Source: an uncultured bacterium (lineage in GTDB: Bacteria; Zixibacteria; MSB-5A5; JAABVY01; JAHJOQ01). Taken from it: a DNA stretch of 46,647 nt. The stretch covers positions 1 through 46,647 of the forward strand of contig CBDUQR010000022.1 in the NCBI GenBank assembly GCA_965369655.1, in the 5' to 3' direction. The notes under the pieces were generated by a model. That model did not search any database. It saw nothing but the letters and a program-made list of their open reading frames with translations, and had not been told where the DNA came from. Within the stretch, counting starts at the first letter, position 1, and the number at the start of each line of letters is the position of its first letter. Positions 6,963-16,244 of the stretch are shown piece by piece. A program made the position numbers and the translations under genes.

Positions 6963-9377
6963 ATGCATAGGAAGCATTTTACCTTGGGTGTATGTCTGGC
7001 TGTGGTGCTGCTTCTCACAGGATCGGCGTTCGCGCAGGATACTGGCGTTCTGGACACCGTCCGCTACGTACCGGAGAGTTCGACGTGGACGATCAATTCC
7101 GCAGGAGATTCGCTCTTCTCTTTCGAGTTCTTCGGCTGGACGGACCAGAGTATTACAGCTTTTTCGCTTGGTTTCAAAATCCCAACGAGCACCGGTGGCG
7201 GCACTGGCCATGATGACTCGCTGATAGTGGTTGACACATTTAATTACACTATGTCGACGGCCTTTCCGGTAGATTGGGCATTTAGCGCGGTGGATTCAGC
7301 GAGTTACCCAGGGGCGCGGCACAGCGAGTACAATGGCTGCCTGCTCGGACGGATCTCTCCGTTCTTCCCTCCGAATACGTCATCGAAGATTGGCGATTTC
7401 TTTATCAAGATTCCTGATCCCACCTTGCTGCCGTGTGAGTTTGACATAACTGTCGACTCGGTCTTTTTCCCGCCTGCTGGGGTTTTCAAGTTCTCTCCCT
7501 CTCCCGGCTCCGGCTTCGCGCCGCAATATGTAGGCGCGACAATTCACGTGGTCAACAACATCTGTACTCCTGAACCTACGATTGGCCTCGATCCGACAAG
7601 CTTCACTTTTGAAGCCGTGGCCGGAGAGGCAGATCCGGACGTGCAGGTGCTAAGCGTGCAAAATGTCGGAGAGGGGACGCTCAACTGGACTGCCGCGAAT
7701 ACTCAGCCGTGGCTAACACTTAGCCCCAACTCCGGTGTTGATGACGAACCGTGTTCTTTGTATGTGAGTGTCGCCGGGCTTGCTGCAGGCTTGTACGAGG
7801 ATACGATCACCGTTTCCGATCCTGCCGCCACGAATTCGCCGCAACTTGCAGTGGTCAATTTCGAGGTGATTATTCCGCCACCGATCATAGAACTCGTCCC
7901 GGACGATTTCCAGTTCCTGGCGCAGCAGGACTCGGCAAATCCGGCTCCGCAAAGCATGCAGATAAGCGATATTGGCGCCGGAACACTGGAGTGGACAGCA
8001 TCGAATTCCGAGTCGTGGCTTACGCTTTCGGCGTATGGCGGTGGACCCGGCGATGTGATAGATCTGAATGTGGACATCACTGGCATGTCGTTCGGAGTCT
8101 ACTACGATCAGATCATCGTCTCGGATCCGAATGCGTCGAATTCTCCGCAAATCGCCACAGTCGAACTGACGATTGTATCCGTTTTCCCGATCATTGAACT
8201 CGATCCAGACAGTTTCTTCGTTGTCGCGTCGGCCACTCAGGAACCGTACAATCGCCAGATGTCAATAACCAATGTGGGCGGAGACTGGCTGAGGTACACG
8301 ATAACATCCGCGCAGGGCACGATGTCGTTCATTCCTGATGTGGATTCCGTGATTTCGGGCGAGACAGCTACGATTGAGATTATTTTCAATACTGCTTCTC
8401 TCGGGTTTGGGCTGAACTACGACAACATTGAGGTGTCATCACCGACAGCCCCGAATTCGCCGCAGATCATCCCGGTTACCATTTGGAAAATGGAGTCACC
8501 TCCTATCCTCGTGGTGAATCCCGATCAGATGACGTTTGACGTATACGAATGTTACAATCATCCAAATCCACCTACCAAACTGATCTCGGTACAAAACGCA
8601 GGGGCGGAATTCCTGAACTGGACCGCATACTGGGATGCCTCGTGGCTGATTCTGACGCCGAGTTCCGCTGAGAATAGCGGGACCATTTTCACGACCGTCG
8701 ATGTGACAGGCCTCGCGACCGGCACGTATGTCGATACTGTAGTGATTGTCGCCGAACTCTCCATCAATCCACCGGAATCAGTAGAAGTCATCCTGAACGT
8801 AGCCGAGCAGACTGATCCGCCGATCATCCTGGTGACGCAGACTCACTACGAATTCATCTTCAAGCATTCACAGGTCGGCACGAGTGAGCAACCACTGACG
8901 ATCCTGAACACCGCCAGCGGTTGTATGGACTGGTATCTAACTGAGAGCACGACCTGGCTCGACATTGAGCCCGATGCTGGTGAAGTCCCGGATTTGGCGT
9001 GGGTCGGTGTTAATGGTTTCGGCTTGCCGCTCGGCAAGACATCGACAAGCTTCTTCGTCAATTCCGATGAGGCCACCAACAGCCCGATCGAGGTCACGGT
9101 CGATCTCTATATCTGGACCTTCGGCGATGCTAATTGCGACGGAATTGTCGACATTGATGACGTTGTCTATGATCTGAAATACATTTTCCAAGGGGGGCCG
9201 GAACCGTGTCCCGGTGTCTGGGTGGGCGATGTAGACTGCTCGCATACTGTCGACATCGATGATGTCACGTACCTTCTGGCCTATATTTTCCAGGGTGGCC
9301 CACCGCCCTGTGATTGGGATCCTGAGCCGCCTCTCACATCTGCTGTTCACACGTTCCAGGACGAGGTTGTGAAATAA
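6963..9377 (+). CDS. Secreted protein: N-terminal beta-rich (possibly cohesin-like) domain, five ~100-aa BACON/Ig-like repeats, C-terminal dockerin
   Basis: Signal peptide ending AFA. Repeats with NxGxxxLxWT..WLxLxP..NSPQ. Twin Ca-binding loops GDANCDGIVDIDD and GDVDCSHTVDIDD. GGAGG RBS. Confidence 0.85.
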   Translation: MHRKHFTLGVCLAVVLLLTGSAFAQDTGVLDTVRYVPESSTWTINSAGDSLFSFEFFGWTDQSITAFSLGFKIPTSTGGGTGHDDSLIVVDTFNYTMSTAFPVDWAFSAVDSASYPGARHSEYNGCLLGRISPFFPPNTSSKIGDFFIKIPDPTLLPCEFDITVDSVFFPPAGVFKFSPSPGSGFAPQYVGATIHVVNNICTPEPTIGLDPTSFTFEAVAGEADPDVQVLSVQNVGEGTLNWTAANTQPWLTLSPNSGVDDEPCSLYVSVAGLAAGLYEDTITVSDPAATNSPQLAVVNFEVIIPPPIIELVPDDFQFLAQQDSANPAPQSMQISDIGAGTLEWTASNSESWLTLSAYGGGPGDVIDLNVDITGMSFGVYYDQIIVSDPNASNSPQIATVELTIVSVFPIIELDPDSFFVVASATQEPYNRQMSITNVGGDWLRYTITSAQGTMSFIPDVDSVISGETATIEIIFNTASLGFGLNYDNIEVSSPTAPNSPQIIPVTIWKMESPPILVVNPDQMTFDVYECYNHPNPPTKLISVQNAGAEFLNWTAYWDASWLILTPSSAENSGTIFTTVDVTGLATGTYVDTVVIVAELSINPPESVEVILNVAEQTDPPIILVTQTHYEFIFKHSQVGTSEQPLTILNTASGCMDWYLTESTTWLDIEPDAGEVPDLAWVGVNGFGLPLGKTSTSFFVNSDEATNSPIEVTVDLYIWTFGDANCDGIVDIDDVVYDLKYIFQGGPEPCPGVWVGDVDCSHTVDIDDVTYLLAYIFQGGPPPCDWDPEPPLTSAVHTFQDEVVK

Positions 9378-9401
9378 CAGGACACGCATTTGCGAATCAA
9401 T

Positions 9402-9440
9402 GCGCCCGGGCGATATTCATGCCCGGGCGCTTCTGTATTT
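9402..9440 (+). terminator. Intrinsic terminator
   Basis: Perfect 10-bp stem GCGCCCGGGC/GCCCGGGCGC followed by TTCTGTATTT, 25 nt after the stop codon. Confidence 0.7.
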
Positions 9441-9776
9441 GATGTATCGGCATCATCCGGACTTTGGGAAGATAGAGGAACTCAGGACAATTCGCCTGTC
9501 CTTTTGCATGTTCAAGTTTTTTGTTGCATCTGGCGCCATTCGTCATATCATATTTTGTTTGAAACAAGCTTGCAGGGCGAAAGCATGTGGCCTTGCGCTG
9601 CTGAGAAATCAGCAGGTTCTACTCGCCGTTTTGGTACGAATCGCTTTTCGTCCTCGGCATGAGGACTGACAATTCAGGTTGTTGTATTATGTACTCACGA
9701 GTGGTAATTCTGATTCTGTTGGTATTGATCCTGGTAAGGCGCGGCAGGTGCAACAATCATCGCGGGGGATGGATCG

Positions 9777-12710
9777 ATGAATAGTCTTCCTGTCTGGCTC
9801 GGGTCGATACTCTCTGCGCTTATGATAATCGCTATCTTCGCATTCTCCGACCGCTTCAGCCGATACGGGCTTGCGGGGTGGAAAACGGCGCTCTTCGGCA
9901 TGGTGCTCGTGTTTCTCGCATTCATTTCCCGCGCGGTGATGTCTTTACCTAATTTTGCTGAACTGTTTGTCCCCGGAACGCCGGAATTCGTCGCACAGAT
10001 ATCCGATATCGTGGTTGTCATCGGCGCAGTAGTAGTAGCGATGGCGGTGTTCGTGGCCGTGAGGCGACTTGCGATCACGCAGGACTCTGAGCAGAAACGC
10101 GAATCGCAGTTGCAGTTCCTCGACAACCTGAAGAACATCATATTCGAGCCGTATTCACTCGTCGAGGTCCTCAATTTCTCGCTGAATGAGATTTCGCAGA
10201 CGCTCGATGATTGCTCCAGCGCGATTTTCATTTTCAATGCTTCACGCAGAGAGCTCTATCTTACATCATCGGTGAAACTTGATCAGACGCTGGAATCTAC
10301 TCTGGAGAGAATCACGCTCGGCAATGATATTTTCTCTCGCACACAGAAGACATCGCGTTCTCATGCCGTTGGACGGCTCTCGCAATCGGACAAAGCTACC
10401 CAGAGTCTCTTTGGCGGCGGGCAGGTTGACTCGGTTCTCGCTGCTCCTCTGATGTCCAGAAACGGCTGCGTCGGGGTTGTCGCGATTTTTTCCGATCTGC
10501 CGTATCAGTTCACTCGTCGCGAGTCTGAAATGGTCAACTCGGCGGCCAATCTCCTGGGGCCGGTGGTCGCGTCGTTCCGGATGGAGCGGGAAATCAGGAA
10601 ACTGAACGAACGTATCGCTGTGAGCGCAGAGGAGCGCAGCAGCCTGTTCAGCGTCATATCTTCGCTGAACGGCAAAATGTCGGCGTCGGACAACCTTGGC
10701 ATTCTTCTGGAGTACGCCGAAAGCGTTCTCCAGAGCGATGGTCTTGTGTTAGCCGAGAGCGCCGGCGATTCAGTGTGGAAGATCACTAAGGCAACGGATG
10801 ATTCGCCATTTGACGGTGATATTCCGCGCGATTTCAGCAGACATCTCGACAACGCTGTGAAGAACCGCAAGCCTCTGATGATCAAAACCGGCGCCAGGGA
10901 TCGGCGTGAGTCATCGAGGTTCCTCATATTCCCGATCGAGACCCCTGCGGATCTGCGCGCTGTTCTCGTCGCGTCTGTTTCGACCGGTCACGACACATTC
11001 TCGCAGGACCAGATCGCTGCCATGCAGCTCCAGCTAAAGCTGGTTGGCATGCTGTTATCCCGAACGAGCGTCATGATTGACGAGGATTCTTCCGTAATGG
11101 CGGGGGCGGCATCAGCATTCAGACTGCTGATGGCTGCCTCGACCGCGTCACAGCTTGGCGAAGCTGCGGGATCTGCGGTGGCGGCTCTGATGCAGGAGTA
11201 TGATGCCGGGATGATGCTCGCATACGAGGACGGAAAAAACTACCTCCGTTTCGTTTCGTCATTCGGTTATCAGGGCATGAGGACATCCGGTCACCGGCTG
11301 GATTCGTCCAAAGGTCCGTGGGGGAAGTTGAAAGCCGACGTTACCGACATGCTTCTTACTGAGAGACGTCAGATCGAAGATGTCTTTTTGACCCTGGCTG
11401 GAGATGATCTCGCCTGGTTCATGGAGAGAAGCGATGAGAAAAGGCTTCCCGAGTATTGCCGCGTTGTGCAGCTTTTCTGCGGCGAGGAGAGAATCGGATG
11501 CCTTTATCTGGAGGGATCAGATGAACTTCCATCGGAGCAATCCGGATCGTCACACGAGCAGGTGCTGTTTGATCTGATCGGTTTCCGAATGCGTGAGATG
11601 CTGATCGCAGGCGCCGGTGGAGATGTTTTCGGTGCGCTTCAGGCGAGAGAAGCCGGGGACAGCCTCAACCAGGTGAACAATATTCTTACCGGCATAATCG
11701 GCAAGGCTCAGTTGCTCAGCTTCGGCCTCAACAGCGAAGAGTTCCAGGATAAGGGCGGCGTTCTCCGCAACCTCGATCTTGTCGCTGACGAGGCTTTCCA
11801 GGCGGGCGAATTGATAAAGCAAATCCAGTTATCCATGCGTGAGGAAACATCTCACGAAGAAAAGCAAACGCGCCCCGATCTGGCGAATGTACTGCAGAAA
11901 GTGGCAATCACTCGATACGGTGGTGATCCGAATCTTCACTATCTTAGAGAGGATCCGAGCGTTGTGTTTGAGGCTGTGCTCGAACCGGGCCACGATGTTA
12001 ATGGAGTCGATCGTGAACTCGAAGAACTTGTTGCTGAAGCGATTCAGTTTGTGTGGGATGAATTCGATATCGATGACAAGGCATATGTCGAAATCCGCGA
12101 TAAGAAATCTCACTGCTATATACTAATCAGTGATCGCGCGGTGCAGGATGATTGGGTTGACCCGGAACGGATGACGTTCAGGAAGGTCGGATTGCATCCG
12201 CAGCTTTCGCAACTCGGCTCGGTAGCTGATCCGCTTGAACTTCCGGTGGCATTCTGTGAGCAGAGGCTTGAGGATGGCTCCCGGGTTCTCTGTCTCAGAT
12301 TCGACCGTGATTCCCAGGTTCGAAAAACTGCTTCGGAATCGTTCGATATCCTGGCGATCGACGACCAGGAAATAATCAGGGAACTTCTGACCGGTATGCT
12401 GGAACAGCTCGGGTATAACGTGACGGTTTGCTCCAGCGGTACTGCCGGTATCGAGGCGTTTGAGCGCGACGAATATGATCTGGTCATAACCGATATCGGT
12501 CTCCCTGACATCGATGGCTGGCAGGTGGCAGAGACGATCAAGCGTCGGGATCCTAACATCCCGATCATAATGATTACGGGGTGGGGGCTTGGTCGTGAAA
12601 CCGAAAGAGCAAACCGACTCGGCATCGAACACATACTCCCAAAACCGTTTCGACTTGAAAACCTAAGCGAGCTGATTGAGGATATCAGGTCGCGCAGGGC
12701 GTCTGCCTGA
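9777..12710 (+). CDS. Membrane-anchored multi-GAF hybrid sensor with degenerate histidine-kinase core and C-terminal receiver domain
   Basis: Three N-terminal hydrophobic segments; GAF motif (LAAPLMSRNGCVGVV); H-box-like GDSLNQVNNILTGIIG lacking His; intact REC (AIDDQ, ITDIGLP, ITG, PKPF). Confidence 0.85.
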   Translation: MNSLPVWLGSILSALMIIAIFAFSDRFSRYGLAGWKTALFGMVLVFLAFISRAVMSLPNFAELFVPGTPEFVAQISDIVVVIGAVVVAMAVFVAVRRLAITQDSEQKRESQLQFLDNLKNIIFEPYSLVEVLNFSLNEISQTLDDCSSAIFIFNASRRELYLTSSVKLDQTLESTLERITLGNDIFSRTQKTSRSHAVGRLSQSDKATQSLFGGGQVDSVLAAPLMSRNGCVGVVAIFSDLPYQFTRRESEMVNSAANLLGPVVASFRMEREIRKLNERIAVSAEERSSLFSVISSLNGKMSASDNLGILLEYAESVLQSDGLVLAESAGDSVWKITKATDDSPFDGDIPRDFSRHLDNAVKNRKPLMIKTGARDRRESSRFLIFPIETPADLRAVLVASVSTGHDTFSQDQIAAMQLQLKLVGMLLSRTSVMIDEDSSVMAGAASAFRLLMAASTASQLGEAAGSAVAALMQEYDAGMMLAYEDGKNYLRFVSSFGYQGMRTSGHRLDSSKGPWGKLKADVTDMLLTERRQIEDVFLTLAGDDLAWFMERSDEKRLPEYCRVVQLFCGEERIGCLYLEGSDELPSEQSGSSHEQVLFDLIGFRMREMLIAGAGGDVFGALQAREAGDSLNQVNNILTGIIGKAQLLSFGLNSEEFQDKGGVLRNLDLVADEAFQAGELIKQIQLSMREETSHEEKQTRPDLANVLQKVAITRYGGDPNLHYLREDPSVVFEAVLEPGHDVNGVDRELEELVAEAIQFVWDEFDIDDKAYVEIRDKKSHCYILISDRAVQDDWVDPERMTFRKVGLHPQLSQLGSVADPLELPVAFCEQRLEDGSRVLCLRFDRDSQVRKTASESFDILAIDDQEIIRELLTGMLEQLGYNVTVCSSGTAGIEAFERDEYDLVITDIGLPDIDGWQVAETIKRRDPNIPIIMITGWGLGRETERANRLGIEHILPKPFRLENLSELIEDIRSRRASA

Positions 12711-12843
12711 CGTTTCACCCGGAAACGGCGAGTCATTCCAAAACCATACCGTGTGTCTCTGTAATTCGTTGCCACATAATATGGTAGCAACGATATATGC
12801 GTTTAAGTCTCCACATCCGCCGCCGATACTAAATGCAAGAGCT

Positions 12844-14205
12844 ATGGAGAAGAAAACCGCCACAATCGACATCAGCGCGTTCCTCGACAAGGCAGGAGAC
12901 GCTTTCGCTCTGCCACAAGTTCTGGTCGAAATCCTCCGGATAGTCGACAGCGAGCAGGCATCAGCAGACGATCTCGCAGAAATAATAATGCACGATCCGA
13001 GCCTCACGGCTCGTTTGCTGAAGATGGCTAACTCAAGCTACTACTGGCGTGGTGAGGAGGTAAGGACTGTAAACCAGGCTGTCATAAAGCTCGGATCGTC
13101 AATGGTGAAATGTCTGGCGCTGTCCGCATCTGTCTTCCAGCCTGATGACGGCTTGGAAGAGGACGGCTTCGATATACGTGATCTGTACAGCCATTTTCTT
13201 GGGACCGCAATCGCTGCGAGGTTCATAGCTGAAGAAGTCGGATTCAAGGAGCCGGAGGAAGCTTTCGTAGCCGGTCTCCTGCACGACCTCGGTCATATCC
13301 TGCTGCTGAAGGTTATGCCTGATCGGCACGTAGCGCTGTTGAGAGATTATCTATACGATGAAAATCTGCCGGAGCATGAGCGTGAACTGTATGGAACTGA
13401 CCATGCCGAACTCGGGAAGGGAATCGCCGAGTCGTGGAATCTGCCAACCGGCTTCGCCAGCGCGCTGGAGAAGCACCACAGAAGATTGAACCAGGAACAG
13501 ATCGACAGCCTTGAAGGATTAGACCTGATCGTGGCCGTGGCAGACCATGTCAGTGGCGCAGTGCATAGCCATAGCAATCGAAATGTCGAGCGTCGTCTCG
13601 AAATATCAGCGATGCTTACCAAAGCACTCAAGGTGAGCGACGGGTTTATAAGCCGGGTGAGCGCGAAACTGCTCAGCGAGATTGCAAACGCCGCCGAGTT
13701 TCTCAGCATCGACATAGGTGATCCAATGGCGATCATTCAGCGTGCCAACTCGCAGCTCTTCGAGAGTTACGCTACAATCGAGAGTCTCTTCAAGGAGAGG
13801 CAGGATCTCTCGAGGCGGATCATCGAGGAGGAACATAGAATCGGTGCCATGCGGTCCAGGGACATCGCGATTGCGACTCTCTCACATTACATCAATAATG
13901 CAGCCACTATCATATCAGGGCGTACCCAACTGCTCGAGATGATGGTGAAATCCGACAAATTGCAGGACCCTGAAGGCAAGCTCGGTGAAACGCTCACGGT
14001 GATCGATACTTCATTGATGAAGATCATGGCGGTCCTGACAGAACTAAAGGCTCTCGGCAACCTTGAAAATGTCGAGTTCTACAACGATTCTGATGCGATC
14101 AACATCGATAAGAACATCCATCGCCGAATGGGAAAGATGGGAGTCACGTTTAACGCTATTGATAACAAACCTGTTTTGACCGAGAGAGATATCGTAAGCG
14201 AATAG
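12844..14205 (+). CDS. HDOD domain protein with C-terminal HisKA/DHp-like helical hairpin
   Basis: DPSLTARLLKMANS, AGLLHDLG, DHAELG, WNLP (HDOD). C-terminal TLSHYINNAATIISG H-box with no HATPase domain after it. The start choice is uncertain. Confidence 0.85.
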   Translation: MEKKTATIDISAFLDKAGDAFALPQVLVEILRIVDSEQASADDLAEIIMHDPSLTARLLKMANSSYYWRGEEVRTVNQAVIKLGSSMVKCLALSASVFQPDDGLEEDGFDIRDLYSHFLGTAIAARFIAEEVGFKEPEEAFVAGLLHDLGHILLLKVMPDRHVALLRDYLYDENLPEHERELYGTDHAELGKGIAESWNLPTGFASALEKHHRRLNQEQIDSLEGLDLIVAVADHVSGAVHSHSNRNVERRLEISAMLTKALKVSDGFISRVSAKLLSEIANAAEFLSIDIGDPMAIIQRANSQLFESYATIESLFKERQDLSRRIIEEEHRIGAMRSRDIAIATLSHYINNAATIISGRTQLLEMMVKSDKLQDPEGKLGETLTVIDTSLMKIMAVLTELKALGNLENVEFYNDSDAINIDKNIHRRMGKMGVTFNAIDNKPVLTERDIVSE

Positions 14206-14439
14206 CCTGATCTCTCAGATTTCACTCTCACATCAATTCACTTCCTGACTTACTGACACCGTGTTTGCAACAATGCTGTGTATTTCCGGACTTGGAAACG
14301 TTTCTTGACTTCGAGCGTGATTAGACACAACTTGGAGCAGGTCAGCCAACGGTGTCTCTGAGTGCTGACTCATATGAGTAGGGAGGTGTCCTCGACACCT
14401 GCCGCCGGAGCTTTTATTGATCGGGAATGAGTTAAGTTT

Positions 14440-14448
14440 TGCTATAAT
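14440..14448 (+). promoter_or_regulatory. Extended -10 promoter of pepA
   Basis: TGCTATAAT (TGn-TATAAT) about 20 nt upstream of the ATG, with a GGAGG RBS at 14458-14462. Confidence 0.55.
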
Positions 14449-14468
14449 CATTACTTGGGAGGTTTCGC

Positions 14469-15968
14469 ATGAAGCTGACGACCAATTACCGAGCAACAGA
14501 GTCTCCCGAATCGGAGCTTCTGGTAACTCACGCATGGGAGGAAAAACTCACAAAAAATGCCCACCTCAAAGATCTGGATGTCTTGCTCGATGGGCACATC
14601 TCGAACCTGTTCAGTCTGGATCAATTCGAGGGGAAGAAAAACAGCACTGTCAGGATACTGCCTAAGAACGCGATTCCGTCGGCGAAAATTCTCATCGTCG
14701 GGCTTGGTAAGAAATCTGATTTCAAGCCGGATGTGATCCGTGAATATGGCGGGACGATCGGTAAGTCTCTCGCTGATCTTAAGGCGAAATCGGCGACTGT
14801 TATGCTGCCTGAATTACAAGCATCCGTGATGCCGTCGGTGCAGATCGGACAGTTTGTCACCGAAGGCATACTCCTCGGATCGTATGTGATGACGGAGTAC
14901 AAATCTGAGCCGAAGGAGATCGTGCTGCCGCAAGAGTTGTGTCTCAGCCCGTTCAGGAAAGCCGCAGTAGCGCCAACGGACAAGGGCAGAGTCGTGGGTG
15001 AGGTGACAGCATGGGCGCAGAACAAAGTAAGAGAACTCGTATCTCACCCTGCTGCTAATCTGACTCCTGCAAGGCTGGCGGAGTATGCCGAGCAGTTCGC
15101 ATCGGATTACGGCTTCAAGTGCAAGGTGCTCGGATTATCAGACATTAAGAAGTTGAAGCTCGGATGCCTCCTGGCAGTGAACGCCGGTTCGGATCTGCCG
15201 CCCAAATTCATTATTCTCGAACACAAGGGGCCAAAGGCCGGGCCTCGCAAAGTTTGTATCGTAGGCAAGGGCATCACTTTTGATTCCGGCGGGTATTCGT
15301 TGAAAGCAGCTCAGAACATGGTAGACATGAAGGGTGACATGGCCGGTTCGGCCTGCGTTCTCGCTTCAATATCTGCGGCTGCGAGGTTGAAACTGCCAGT
15401 TCATGTGATAGGCATAATTCCAACTACCGAGAACCTCGTTTCAGGCAAGGGATACAAGCCGGGAGACATTCTGACTTCGTACAACGGCAAGACGATCGAG
15501 GTTACCAATACCGATGCCGAGGGCAGACTGATACTGGCTGATGGCCTCGGGTATGCCGTAGACAAGTTCGAACCTGACGCGCTACTCGACATCGCAACTC
15601 TGACCGGCGCAGCCCAGATTGCGCTCGGATACTCCGGCGCCGGTATGTTCGCAAACGATGATCGTCTCGCAGCGAGGATCGAGGCTGCCGCAGTTGCCAG
15701 CAATGAGCGCGTCTGGAGAATGCCGCTCTGGGATGATTATCAGAAATACATCGAGGCCGACCTTGCCGACATCAAGAATTCGGCTGGCAAGATCGGTTCA
15801 TTCTGCACGTCAGCCGCATTTCTCTCGAATTTCGTCGGCAAGACGAAATGGGCGCACATCGATATTGCCGGAATGGATGTGGACGTAAAGGGTGGAAGCT
15901 ATATCAAGAAAGGTTCATCAGGAGTCGGAGCACGTCTGCTGATAGAGTTCCTCAGGCAGTGGAAATGA
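14469..15968 (+). CDS. pepA: Leucyl aminopeptidase (M17)
   Basis: VGKGITFDSGG, MKGDMAG, NTDAEGRL, ATLTGA, WAHIDIAG motifs. Confidence 0.97.
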   Translation: MKLTTNYRATESPESELLVTHAWEEKLTKNAHLKDLDVLLDGHISNLFSLDQFEGKKNSTVRILPKNAIPSAKILIVGLGKKSDFKPDVIREYGGTIGKSLADLKAKSATVMLPELQASVMPSVQIGQFVTEGILLGSYVMTEYKSEPKEIVLPQELCLSPFRKAAVAPTDKGRVVGEVTAWAQNKVRELVSHPAANLTPARLAEYAEQFASDYGFKCKVLGLSDIKKLKLGCLLAVNAGSDLPPKFIILEHKGPKAGPRKVCIVGKGITFDSGGYSLKAAQNMVDMKGDMAGSACVLASISAAARLKLPVHVIGIIPTTENLVSGKGYKPGDILTSYNGKTIEVTNTDAEGRLILADGLGYAVDKFEPDALLDIATLTGAAQIALGYSGAGMFANDDRLAARIEAAAVASNERVWRMPLWDDYQKYIEADLADIKNSAGKIGSFCTSAAFLSNFVGKTKWAHIDIAGMDVDVKGGSYIKKGSSGVGARLLIEFLRQWK

Positions 15969-16026
15969 GTCGCAACTGCCGCAATTAAGCATAAATCAAA
16001 GCGCCGTCGAGATTGGCAGCGCTTGA

Positions 16027-16225
16027 GAGGTTGTCCCAAAAGATCCGAAAAGCAGGTAATCATGTTTGCGAAAGAAAATAGCGTCATTCCCGCGCAGGCG
16101 GGAATCTATTGAATGCGTTGATGTTAAATAGGCTCCCGTGGTATCCTGAGCAAAGCGAAGGGCCTTCGCGGGAGAGACAGAGTCAGCTTACCGCTTGAGT
16201 TAATCAGGACTTTTGGGACAACCTC
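16027..16225. mobile_element. MITE (199 bp) with 16-bp terminal inverted repeats and 4-bp target duplication
   Basis: TIRs GAGGTTGTCCCAAAAG (16027-16042) and CTTTTGGGACAACCTC (16210-16225), flanked by TTGA at 16023-16026 and 16226-16229. No transposase. Internal inverted REP-like hairpins. Confidence 0.85.
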
Positions 16226-16244
16226 TTGACTATTGCTTGTTCAA

